Shown here one piece after another: positions 49,501-57,073 of a stretch of 64,000 bases of DNA (its first letter is position 1; each line of letters opens with the position of its first letter). A program made the position numbers and the translations under genes. The DNA lies in assembly GCA_934636825.1 (NCBI GenBank), contig CAKUBG010000005.1, positions 47,491 through 111,490 on the forward strand, in the 5' to 3' direction. The DNA comes from an uncultured bacterium (lineage in GTDB: Bacteria; Vulcanimicrobiota; Xenobia; Xenobiales; Xenobiaceae). The notes beneath the pieces were generated by a model that worked only from the letters and a program-made list of their open reading frames with translations, had not been told where the DNA came from and did not search any database.

Positions 49501-49644
49501 AAAGGTGCAGAATCTAAAGAAGAAGTCTCAACACAAAATAATTCGGCTGTAATAGTGCATGAAGCTTCTGCTATAGAATTGAGTTCCAAGCAAGATGGAG
49601 CCTTAGAAGAAGATTCTGTATCTGGTGCTAAGGCCGAACAATAA
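46510..49644 (+). CDS. fusion protein: sugar-1-phosphate (mannose-1-P-type) nucleotidyltransferase, left-handed beta-helix, phosphohexomutase (PGM/PMM) domains and a ~220 aa acidic C-terminal extension
   Basis: N-terminal MKAVIMAGGEGTRLRPLT (NTP_transferase) followed by hexapeptide repeats. The PGM/PMM metal loop reads GIIMDADAERIYLVDEEG, but the canonical phospho-Ser loop GGIMITASHNP is replaced by GGIHTRVYRDE. GAGGTG RBS upstream. Confidence 0.78.
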   Translation: MKAVIMAGGEGTRLRPLTVSRPKPMVPVCNRPVMEYTLDLLKRYGIDTVVVTLHYKAEDIISYFGDGTDFGLKIVYSIESSPMGTAGSVKQIQDTVGDDTFLVISGDGLTDIDLGRAVAFHKEKRSTATLVLMRVNNPLEYGVVITNENNAIERFLEKPSWGEVFSDQVNTGIYILEPEIFNLMEKGRSYDFSRDIFPKLLEQKKGLYGYVAGGYWCDIGDIDHYASAHRDMFDGKVLQEMVGTQRTPGVWIGEGTKIDPTAVLEAPLMIGRNCRIGAHTYISSYTCIGDNCIIEEDVNLQRDIIFNNVFIGSKSNCVGAIICRQCTIKSGVTLNDSSVIGENVFIGRGATVRNQISIWPDKNIPDGSTISENLVWGKKNSETLFGRDSITGLGNLEITPEFAMKLGAAFGTSLPKGSTVTVSRDSRPVSRLINRAIISGLSSVGVNILDLRLLPAAVSRYIVSVTKAVGGIHTRVYRDESRLVEIEFFDESGINIDKIRQRKVENSFVRQDFRRTDVDEVGIISYLDTSIDKYIEGFISHLDTKSIKEANFKVVIDYSYGTACQVLPFILNRLGVETVSINAYVDYDKAREAQEKKDEALRQLSNIVKPIGANLGIIMDADAERIYLVDEEGTAIKGTNLLALVALMVFRRNKDALVAVPISVPGIMEKLAQQQHGKIIRTKTDYRSIMHSAVVSEGRIALAGTSSGAFVFPKFSPGFDAMFLLAQMLEMMAFDKRKLSEIAKAIPPHYSLSGSVECNWSEKAKVMRLLVERYRDEKLELLDGVRIDFDDDSSILMVPHPSLARINVWTDASSKERAKALMERARFVIPQLASADENAVKMERQEDDQHKMISPTTNISEERAFHFWIPGRYLGVQVRSLRSFVDVLHYIETASLEYHMERNDFANWLRTELGRYLVALDLEQISKARYKGEELRRHILECFGEATSSSSATEQAEGDELEEAHLKIDDAPAVKTIGGIKFAPHYQSDDNEVADSTKGAESKEEVSTQNNSAVIVHEASAIELSSKQDGALEEDSVSGAKAEQ

Positions 49645-49666
49645 CTATATTTAGTCTTTTGTTTAA

Positions 49667-49715
49667 GTTCCCATTTTTGGAGATGGCCGTCTCAAAAAAA
49701 ATGGGAACTTTTTTT
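49667..49715 (+). terminator. rho-independent terminator
   Basis: GTTCCCATTTTT...AAAAAATGGGAAC stem with a T7 run. Confidence 0.7.
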
Positions 49716-49788
49716 AGGGGGAAATTTTTAGCACTAAAAGAAGCGCCTAATAGTTTAGTTTTTTTTGTGAAAATAAGGATTATTGCTT

Positions 49789-50583
49789 ATGTCCTTTTGG
49801 GATGATTTGAGAATTGAAGCCAAAGAACGCATTACTACTGGAGATATAAGCGTAGGGCTGTTTAATACTATTACCAGCTTTGGAGTTGTGCCTTTAACCG
49901 TGGTACAACCTACTTTCTATATGGGGCGCTGCTATATACTTTGCTTCGATTATATGGATTATGTGGAGAAGCTTTTAAGTTGCCAATCTAAACCAGAAAA
50001 TGTTTTTCAACTATTGCTCTATATAAAAGAGACGGCTACAACTTTAGGTCGTTGTGTCCATCATGCTGGAGGCCCTATTGAGGAAATCTTGTCTGCCATT
50101 GACGATATTTTTGACGATAGAGTGCGCAAATTAGAAGAAAATATAGCTTCTTCTCTTATAGAAGAGGCTGAAGAAGAAGCTGAAGACGAATTAGAGAACG
50201 AAGATATTCAGGAAGGCTACGATGAACTCAAAAAAGAACGTGAGCTCATGGCAGCTTGTTTGCAAGAAAAATTGGAAGCTGTAGATATTTCTTATACTGT
50301 CGCTGTAGAACTTGCCAATCGTTTGGCGGCTTTATATGATTGCTGCACTCGCTATATACGAGATTTGCAAGATTTAAATTCACCCGAAGTATTGGGCGAA
50401 GTTGTCATTTTTATGCGTACTTTTATTGATGTGCAGCATATTCTTGATACGCAAATGCGTCAATTACTTTTAGAAGATGTCTTTTTGGAAAGAAGCCCTC
50501 TGTATCCGACAGGCGTAATGCCTTGGATTAGCCATTCCATAGGAGAACTGGTACACCAAATTAACGGTTCGGATCACGATTGA
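49789..50583 (+). CDS. hypothetical protein (264 aa) with a central acidic stretch
   Basis: ORF with an AAGGA RBS. No recognised motif. EEAEEEAEDELENED linker. Confidence 0.45.
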   Translation: MSFWDDLRIEAKERITTGDISVGLFNTITSFGVVPLTVVQPTFYMGRCYILCFDYMDYVEKLLSCQSKPENVFQLLLYIKETATTLGRCVHHAGGPIEEILSAIDDIFDDRVRKLEENIASSLIEEAEEEAEDELENEDIQEGYDELKKERELMAACLQEKLEAVDISYTVAVELANRLAALYDCCTRYIRDLQDLNSPEVLGEVVIFMRTFIDVQHILDTQMRQLLLEDVFLERSPLYPTGVMPWISHSIGELVHQINGSDHD

Positions 50584-50614
50584 GGTTATTGCAAAGCCGA
50601 AAGGGCATTTCTTT

Positions 50615-51394
50615 ATGAATGATCATATAGTTGCTTTACTCACTGATTTCGGCCAACGTGACTCTTATGTTGCTATCATGAAGGGAGTCATTTTAGGGAT
50701 CGACAGTCAGGCCAAGTTTGTTGATATTAGCCATGAAATAAAGCTTGGAGATGTACAAGCCGCTGCTTATGTGCTTTCTACTTGCATAGAGTGGTTCCCC
50801 GAAGGCACTGTGTTTTTGGCAGTAGTCGATCCCGGGGTGGGTAGTTCCAGAAAAGCTGTGGCCATTCGCACGGAAAAGCATTTTTTTATCGGTCCGGACA
50901 ACGGTATATTTACTTTAGCTTTACGCCGTGAAAAGCTGGTGTCGGCCATAGAGATCGATTGTACTGCCATTCCAACTAAAGCAATCAGCAATACTTTCCA
51001 TGGACGCGATATTTTCGCTCCCGCTGCTGCCTACTTGTCGCAAGGGCGTTGCTTCGAGGCTCTGGGAAGTAAAATATCTAGTCTGGTTCAACTCGATATA
51101 AAACCCAATCGTTTGCAAGGCAAGCTTCTGTATGGCTCTATTTTGTATATTGACAATTTCGGCAATATCATAACTTCCATACATGAAGAAGAAAGCAACG
51201 GTTTGGCAACTACCTTGTATGCGGGAAAGCGTGCCTTTCGCTTAGGTTCAACTTACTCAGATATAGCTCTAGGCCAGCCTATAGCTTATTGGGGCTCTTC
51301 CGGTTATTGCGAAGCTGCCTTGTATGGTGGCTCTGCATCTGAGCTTTTGCAGGCTAAAGTTGGCGATGAAGTTGTGCTCCAACTTAAAGCTTGA
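50615..51394 (+). CDS. S-adenosyl-L-methionine hydroxide adenosyltransferase family protein (DUF62; SalL/FlA fluorinase/chlorinase-related)
   Basis: Family-typical motifs: N-terminal ALLTDFGQRDSYVAIMKGVI...DISHEI and C-terminal ...DNFGNIIT. Confidence 0.82.
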   Translation: MNDHIVALLTDFGQRDSYVAIMKGVILGIDSQAKFVDISHEIKLGDVQAAAYVLSTCIEWFPEGTVFLAVVDPGVGSSRKAVAIRTEKHFFIGPDNGIFTLALRREKLVSAIEIDCTAIPTKAISNTFHGRDIFAPAAAYLSQGRCFEALGSKISSLVQLDIKPNRLQGKLLYGSILYIDNFGNIITSIHEEESNGLATTLYAGKRAFRLGSTYSDIALGQPIAYWGSSGYCEAALYGGSASELLQAKVGDEVVLQLKA

Positions 51395-51405
51395 ATAACT
51401 AAAGG

Positions 51406-51612
51406 CTAAAATATCTGATATTGATTATGTACTTGTACGTTAGTAAAACGTTCTAAGTAATTTATGATGCCGATTAAAGTTATAATGGCAAAAACTATCC
51501 AAAAGAAAGGGCTGGTAAATATTTTGGCCCACATATTGTGTGAAGATGTTTCAGGAGCCTTCACTGCAGGTACGTCTGTTGCGGGAAGGATATTTTTTTG
51601 CTCTTCGGCCAT
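51406..51612 (-). CDS. small single-TM protein (68 aa), hypothetical
   Basis: AGAGGT RBS 7 nt upstream. One hydrophobic helix (FFWIVFAIITLIGIINYL). It is antisense-oriented between two plus-strand genes. Confidence 0.35.
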   Translation of the reverse strand: MAEEQKNILPATDVPAVKAPETSSHNMWAKIFTSPFFWIVFAIITLIGIINYLERFTNVQVHNQYQIF

Positions 51613-51738
51613 AGCTTTTACCTCTTATAAAAATTCGGCTCGCCTTCGTTCTCATGTAAAGTTATGCCTTTAGGAAAAATACCCAAAATCCCACAAATTT
51701 GGGATTTTGGCTCTATTATTTGGGGATGAATTAAAAAA

Positions 51739-53214
51739 ATGGATTATATAACACGTCAACAAGAAGCGCCTCTATACGAGGCGTTATGTGCTTATATTGA
51801 AGAAAACAACGTACCTTTCCATATGCCTGGTCACAGTCAAGGTCGGGCTGCAGATACAAAATTAGAAAATTTAATGGGCGCTCAGGCTTTAGCTGCCGAC
51901 ATTACGCAAGTTTTAGATATGGACGATATACATCGTCCTTACAACTATACGAAGCGAGCCCAAGAATTGGCAGCCGAATGTTTCGGTGCCGAAAAAACTT
52001 GGTTTTTGGTAAATGGATCAACTTGTGGCAATCAAGCTATGCTGTTGGCCGCACTTGAACCTGAACAAGAAGTTATTTTGCCACGTTGTGCTCATCGTTC
52101 TTTGCAAGCCGGTTTAGTTTTTTCTGGGGCTATACCTCGCTATGCTGCTTCTCCTTATGACAAAGAGACTGGGGTGAGTTTGGCAGTCGAAAAAGAAGAA
52201 ATGGAGCGCTTACAAGCTTGTTATCCTAACGTAAAAGCTTGGGCTGTTACTGGAGTGACCCCCTATGGAGCTTGCGCCGATATAAAAGCTATTAGCAATA
52301 GTGCTCACGCTCATAACTTACCTTTGTTGGTTGATGAAGCTTGGGGGCCACATTTTGGCTTCCACCCTGGTTTGCCTAAATCGGCTTTATCATTGGGTGC
52401 AGATTGTGTTGTGCAAAGCGCTCATAAGCTTTTGGCCGCTCTTTCTCAAGCTTCTTTGCTTCATTTCCGAGGAAGCAGGCTTGATCCCGAGCGAATAAAT
52501 TTAACTTTACGCATGTTGCAAAGCACTAGCCCAAGTTATTTATTGCTAGCTTCTTTAGATATTGCCAGACGCCAATTAGCTTTGCATGGTAGAGAAGATT
52601 GGCAGAAAGCGCTTGAATCTGCTGAACGTATACGCTGTTTTGTGCGTCGCACCGCAGGCTTGCGTTTAATGGAGCAAGGGGCTGCTTTTGACTATGATAG
52701 AACCAGAGTTGTTATTTCAGCTTTTGATTTAGGCATTGATGGTGTTGAACTGGAGCGTACTTTGCGTTATCGCTTCCAAATTCAGCCGGAAATGTCTGAT
52801 ATGCGCAATGTAGTTTTGGTTATTACTCCCGGTCACAGTGATCAAGACTTGGCTAAATTAGAAAAAGCTCTAAGTGAAATTGCCGCTTCTCCGCATGGTT
52901 GGGTCTCGACTGAGGGAGTGAAAGCACCTTTACAAAAGGCTGCTTCTTTAGATTTCCCCGGCTTCCCCGAGCAAGTTATAAGCCCACGTCAAGCCTACTT
53001 TAGTTCGGCAAAATTTGTCGCTTGGGAGCAAGCCATAGGAGAAGTTTGTGCCGAACTGATCACGCCTTACCCTCCTGGCATACCCTTAATTTGTCCAGGA
53101 GAGCGCATAGAACGTGAGCATTGGGAATACTTAAAAGTTTTAAATGAAGTAGGTATTCCTATTGATGGTTTAAATGACTTGAGCTTGGAAAGAGTGAAAG
53201 TTATCGTTCGCTAG
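51739..53214 (+). CDS. Orn/Lys/Arg decarboxylase family (fold-type I PLP, OKR_DC_1 major domain)
   Basis: FHMPGHSQGR near the N-terminus and the PLP-lysine motif SAHKLL, with the C-terminal domain of the SpeA (Bacillus-type)/LdcC-like family. Confidence 0.85.
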   Translation: MDYITRQQEAPLYEALCAYIEENNVPFHMPGHSQGRAADTKLENLMGAQALAADITQVLDMDDIHRPYNYTKRAQELAAECFGAEKTWFLVNGSTCGNQAMLLAALEPEQEVILPRCAHRSLQAGLVFSGAIPRYAASPYDKETGVSLAVEKEEMERLQACYPNVKAWAVTGVTPYGACADIKAISNSAHAHNLPLLVDEAWGPHFGFHPGLPKSALSLGADCVVQSAHKLLAALSQASLLHFRGSRLDPERINLTLRMLQSTSPSYLLLASLDIARRQLALHGREDWQKALESAERIRCFVRRTAGLRLMEQGAAFDYDRTRVVISAFDLGIDGVELERTLRYRFQIQPEMSDMRNVVLVITPGHSDQDLAKLEKALSEIAASPHGWVSTEGVKAPLQKAASLDFPGFPEQVISPRQAYFSSAKFVAWEQAIGEVCAELITPYPPGIPLICPGERIEREHWEYLKVLNEVGIPIDGLNDLSLERVKVIVR

Positions 53215-53300
53215 CCGGGGAGCAGTCTTCGGAAGGAGAAAGGTGGCAAAAAATAAACTACTTTCCTATTTTGGAACATATAAGGGGTTCTAAGTAAAAT

Positions 53301-55154
53301 ATGGATACTGAATCAACCGAACAATTAACTATTGCCTCTGACAATATTGAAGAATTGATGTGTGTCTTTCCTCCAGCTTGGTGTGAAGGATATGAAAGAT
53401 TGGGACGTTCGGTTGACAGTTTGATTGAATTTGTGGCCGATTTAGGACGTTTGCCTATGGCTCGTTTTCAGAATGAAATTTGTACTATCGCTGAACAGCC
53501 AGTTACTTATGGCGATTTAGGCTATATCTCTTCTTATGTATCAGAATTCGGTTCTGACAATCGAGCCGGAATTGACGCTACTTTACATCGCATTTCCGCT
53601 ATACGCAATCGTCGTGGTCGTATTGTTGGCCTTACAGCCAGAGTAGGGCGAGCTGTTTACGGAGACGCCGATATTATCAAAGACGTAGTGAAGAGTGGCC
53701 GCAGTATTTTGCTTTTGGGACAGCCTGGTGTGGGTAAAACTACTGTGCTGCGCGAAATTTCCAGAGTGTTGGCCGACGAATTGCATAAGAGAGTTGTCAT
53801 AGTCGATACTTCCAACGAAATTGCTGGTGATGGCGATGTACCTCATCCTGGAGTAGGATCGGCTCGTCGCATGCAAGTTCCCGATCCAGTCTATCAGCAT
53901 AAAATTATGATTGAAGCGGTGGAAAACCATACGCCGCAAGTAGTTGTTATCGACGAAATAGGTACTGAAGCTGAAGCTTATGCTGCTCGAACTATTGCCG
54001 AACGTGGCGTAATGTTAGTTGCTACGGCTCACGGTACTATGCTGGAAAACTTAATTCAAAATCCCACTTTATGCGACTTAGTGGGAGGTATAGAGTCGGT
54101 GACTTTGTCTGATGAAATAGCTTTTAAGCGCGGGGGTGGTCACAAAGCTATTTTGGAGCGCAAGTCACCTCCCACTTTTGATGTAGTTATTGAGCTTAGA
54201 GATCGCCACACTTTTGCTATTCATAAAAATGTAGCAGATTCAGTTGATGCTATTTTGCGTGGTGCCGAAATAGCTCCTCTGGTGAGAGTGCGTCAAACAT
54301 CTTCCAATGGTAGCCAGGGCGCCACAGAAATTGGAAGCACTTCTGGAACTAAAGGCAAAAAAAAGTCCAAGAAGAGTAAGGTAGCCGCCAAAGAGTCTGA
54401 GAATGAATCAAATGTTGCGACTGAATCAGAAGGCAATGATAGCTTACAAGTAAATAACTCTGAATCAGCGGAAAAAAATAGTTTAGGGGCTTCGCCAATT
54501 TTGGCTAAATATGGCTCTCTCTTGCCAAAACGTCGCGAAAATGAAGCCTCTAGCAAGGATATTACCGAAGATCCGACCGATTTGGACGAGCGCTTTGCCT
54601 ATTTGCGCCGTGATCGCTATCGTGATGCCGAAGGCAACGTGCTTTTAGCTCAAACTGAAGAGCCTAAGCCTCACGTGGGTATGAAAACTAAAATTAGCAT
54701 TTATCCTGTGGGTGTCAGCCGCAGTCGCTTAGAAAAGCTGATTAATTTATTGGAGCTACCTGCACAAGTTGTCACTACTTGGAAAACAGCCAATGTGGTG
54801 TTGGCTTTAGAGTCTAGCTCTAAAAATGACCCTCAACTTTTCCAAGCTATCAAGCGCGGAGGTTTAAAAGTTTGTCCTTTAGAAGAAAATACTTGGCCCA
54901 AGATAAAAAGTTTCTTGGACAGCTATTTTGAAGATTCTATTTTAAGCACAGCCGAATTGGCACAGTTGGAAGTAACTGAAGCTATCGAAGAAGTGCGAAA
55001 AACGGGGCGTCCTTATAACCTTTTGCCGCAGGATCGTGCCTTGCGTCGTTTGCAAGGGCAAATTGCCGCTAAAGCTGGCGTCAAGTCGGTTATTTACGGA
55101 GTTGAACCGGAATGTTACTTGCGTTTGCAAGGGCAGAATAATACGGCAATTTAG
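53301..55154 (+). CDS. SpoIIIAA/Ycf45-like P-loop ATPase with a C-terminal R3H-like domain
   Basis: ISAIRNRRGRIVGLTARVGRAVYG...ILLLGQPGVGKTTVLREI...VVIVDTSNEIAGDGDVPHPGVGSARRMQV follows the SpoIIIAA/Ycf45 pattern. The C-terminal LLPQDRALRRLQGQIAAKAGVKS is R3H-like. A K/S/E-rich linker lies in between. Confidence 0.68.
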   Translation: MDTESTEQLTIASDNIEELMCVFPPAWCEGYERLGRSVDSLIEFVADLGRLPMARFQNEICTIAEQPVTYGDLGYISSYVSEFGSDNRAGIDATLHRISAIRNRRGRIVGLTARVGRAVYGDADIIKDVVKSGRSILLLGQPGVGKTTVLREISRVLADELHKRVVIVDTSNEIAGDGDVPHPGVGSARRMQVPDPVYQHKIMIEAVENHTPQVVVIDEIGTEAEAYAARTIAERGVMLVATAHGTMLENLIQNPTLCDLVGGIESVTLSDEIAFKRGGGHKAILERKSPPTFDVVIELRDRHTFAIHKNVADSVDAILRGAEIAPLVRVRQTSSNGSQGATEIGSTSGTKGKKKSKKSKVAAKESENESNVATESEGNDSLQVNNSESAEKNSLGASPILAKYGSLLPKRRENEASSKDITEDPTDLDERFAYLRRDRYRDAEGNVLLAQTEEPKPHVGMKTKISIYPVGVSRSRLEKLINLLELPAQVVTTWKTANVVLALESSSKNDPQLFQAIKRGGLKVCPLEENTWPKIKSFLDSYFEDSILSTAELAQLEVTEAIEEVRKTGRPYNLLPQDRALRRLQGQIAAKAGVKSVIYGVEPECYLRLQGQNNTAI

Positions 55155-55173
55155 TGGGTCGGAGACCGTAAAA

Positions 55174-55872
55174 ATGGATAATCAAGTCAAAAAACGCGGC
55201 TTATTTATAACTTTGGAAGGGCCTGAAGGGGGAGGCAAAACTTCTCAAGCTAGGGTTTTAGCGGAACGTTTGCGTCAAAAAGGTTTAGTAGTTTCGGTTA
55301 CGCGTGAACCTGGGGGTACACCTGTCAGCGATAAAATCCGTCAGTTGTTAATCGATCCTGCCAATCGTGATATGCTGCCTATGACAGAGCTTTTGCTCTT
55401 TGAAGCTTCGCGTTTTCAGCATGTGCAACAATTAATTTTACCTAAGTTGCAGCGAGGCGAAGTGGTTATTTGCGATCGCTTTTACGATTCTTCTTTAGCC
55501 TATCAAGGAGCTAGAGATTTGCCTTTGCAAGTTGTGATAGAACTGAATAATTTAGTTGCTGCCGATTGCAAACCTGATTTGACTTTACTTTTGGATTTGG
55601 ATTATGAAACCGGTCGCTCTCGTTTAACTAGACGGTATAGCCAAAATCAAGGGAATTTCGATCGTATCGAATTAGAAAAAAAAGAATTTTTTGAGCGTTT
55701 GCGTCAAAATTACTTAGATATGGCTCAAGGTCATTTAGGAGGGGTGGTCTTCAGTGCCGAGGAGCAAAAGCGTTGGCATATTATAGACGCTTCGCAAAGT
55801 TTTGAGGAAGTTTCCAAACAAATTTGGCAGTGGACAGAACCTTGGTGGCGTGCTCGCTTTTCTGTTGACTGA
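55174..55872 (+). CDS. tmk: thymidylate kinase
   Basis: FITLEGPEGGGKTSQ P-loop, DRF/DRY motif (ICDRFYDSSLAYQG) and a LID region. The ATG at 55174 has a GGAG RBS, and the longer track ORF overlaps the upstream gene. Confidence 0.9.
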   Translation: MDNQVKKRGLFITLEGPEGGGKTSQARVLAERLRQKGLVVSVTREPGGTPVSDKIRQLLIDPANRDMLPMTELLLFEASRFQHVQQLILPKLQRGEVVICDRFYDSSLAYQGARDLPLQVVIELNNLVAADCKPDLTLLLDLDYETGRSRLTRRYSQNQGNFDRIELEKKEFFERLRQNYLDMAQGHLGGVVFSAEEQKRWHIIDASQSFEEVSKQIWQWTEPWWRARFSVD

Positions 55873-55894
55873 TTCAAAAATTGAGGAGAAAGAT

Positions 55895-56905
55895 ATGCAA
55901 ATTATAGGCAATGAAACTATTTTTAAATATCTGCGCCTTTTAGCTTTTGAAGATAAACTTTCTCCCAGTTATCTTTTTGTGGGGCCTAAAGGAGTGGGCA
56001 AATATTTGGCCGCTCGTTGGTTCGCTGCGGCTGTTCTATGCGAACATAAATCTGAACATGGGCCTTGTGGTTTTTGTACAAATTGTAAGCGTATCGAATC
56101 TGGTAACCATCCTGATGTGAGCGTTTTGACCAATGCCGATAATAAAATAACTATTGGCATAGATGAAGTGCGTGAGGCTATTGCTACAACTCAAACTTGC
56201 TCTTACGAAGGCGGATACCGCTTTTGGATTATTGATGAAGCTCAACGCTTAACTGAAGAAGCCCAAAATGCTTTGCTAAAAACTTTAGAAGAGCCGCCTG
56301 ATTCACTTATAATTATTTTGGTAGCTCAACCGGAAAGACGTCTTTTGCCCACAGTAGTTTCGCGTTGCCGCCGCTTTGAGTTTAGAGCTTTGCCATACGA
56401 GTTAGTGCAAGAAAATTTATTAGCTCGTGGTTTTGAAAAAAGCAAAGCTTTAACTGCGTCCAGAATAAGTGAGGGCTCTTTGGGGGCGGCTCTAAGTTTA
56501 GTACAGAACAGCACTTTATGGGATTGTAGAGTTGCTGTTTTGGAAATTTTGGCTTCCCTTTCTTCCCCAAATCAAAGTTTGTGGGGAGCTTTAAGCTCTG
56601 CTTCAAATTTGGAAAAGCTATGTGGTGGTTCCGCACTTAAAGAAAAGGATCATTTGCTGTGGATTTTGGCTATCGCTTCTTCTTTTTATCGTGACTTGTC
56701 ACTTATAAAAGCGTCTGTTGCAGCAAACTTATTGATAAATGAAGATTATGGAGAAATATTGCATCCTATCGCTTCAGAGCACAAATTAAACTATTTCGAA
56801 AAGAATTTAGAGGCAGTCAATTTAGCCAAATATCATGTAGAACGCAATGTCAAGACGACTTTAATTTTGCAAAATTTGTGTTTGACTTTGCAAGAACAGA
56901 AATAA
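55895..56905 (+). CDS. holB: DNA polymerase III delta-prime subunit
   Basis: YLFVGPKGVGKYLAARWFA...C..C..C...GNHPDV (Walker A plus a Zn-module) and SRC motif (TVVSRCRRFEF). GAGGAG RBS before the ATG at 55895. Confidence 0.85.
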   Translation: MQIIGNETIFKYLRLLAFEDKLSPSYLFVGPKGVGKYLAARWFAAAVLCEHKSEHGPCGFCTNCKRIESGNHPDVSVLTNADNKITIGIDEVREAIATTQTCSYEGGYRFWIIDEAQRLTEEAQNALLKTLEEPPDSLIIILVAQPERRLLPTVVSRCRRFEFRALPYELVQENLLARGFEKSKALTASRISEGSLGAALSLVQNSTLWDCRVAVLEILASLSSPNQSLWGALSSASNLEKLCGGSALKEKDHLLWILAIASSFYRDLSLIKASVAANLLINEDYGEILHPIASEHKLNYFEKNLEAVNLAKYHVERNVKTTLILQNLCLTLQEQK

Positions 56906-56944
56906 AAAGAGCTTATCTTTTTTTTCTTATTGGTCTATGTAAGA

Positions 56945-56982
56945 AAAAGCCCGCCCTTCTACGAAGGGCGGGCTTTATTGTT
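56945..56982 (+). terminator. bidirectional terminator between holB and the convergent amylase gene
   Basis: GCCCGCCCTTC...GAAGGGCGGGC stem followed by TTTATTGTT. Confidence 0.7.
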
Positions 56983-57073
56983 GAAGTTGCTTTGTACCGC
57001 AGCCGCCGACAGTCGCTTCCTTCCGAAAAAATCGGCGGCCACCAGCGGCAACTGCATATATGTTTATATTCAA

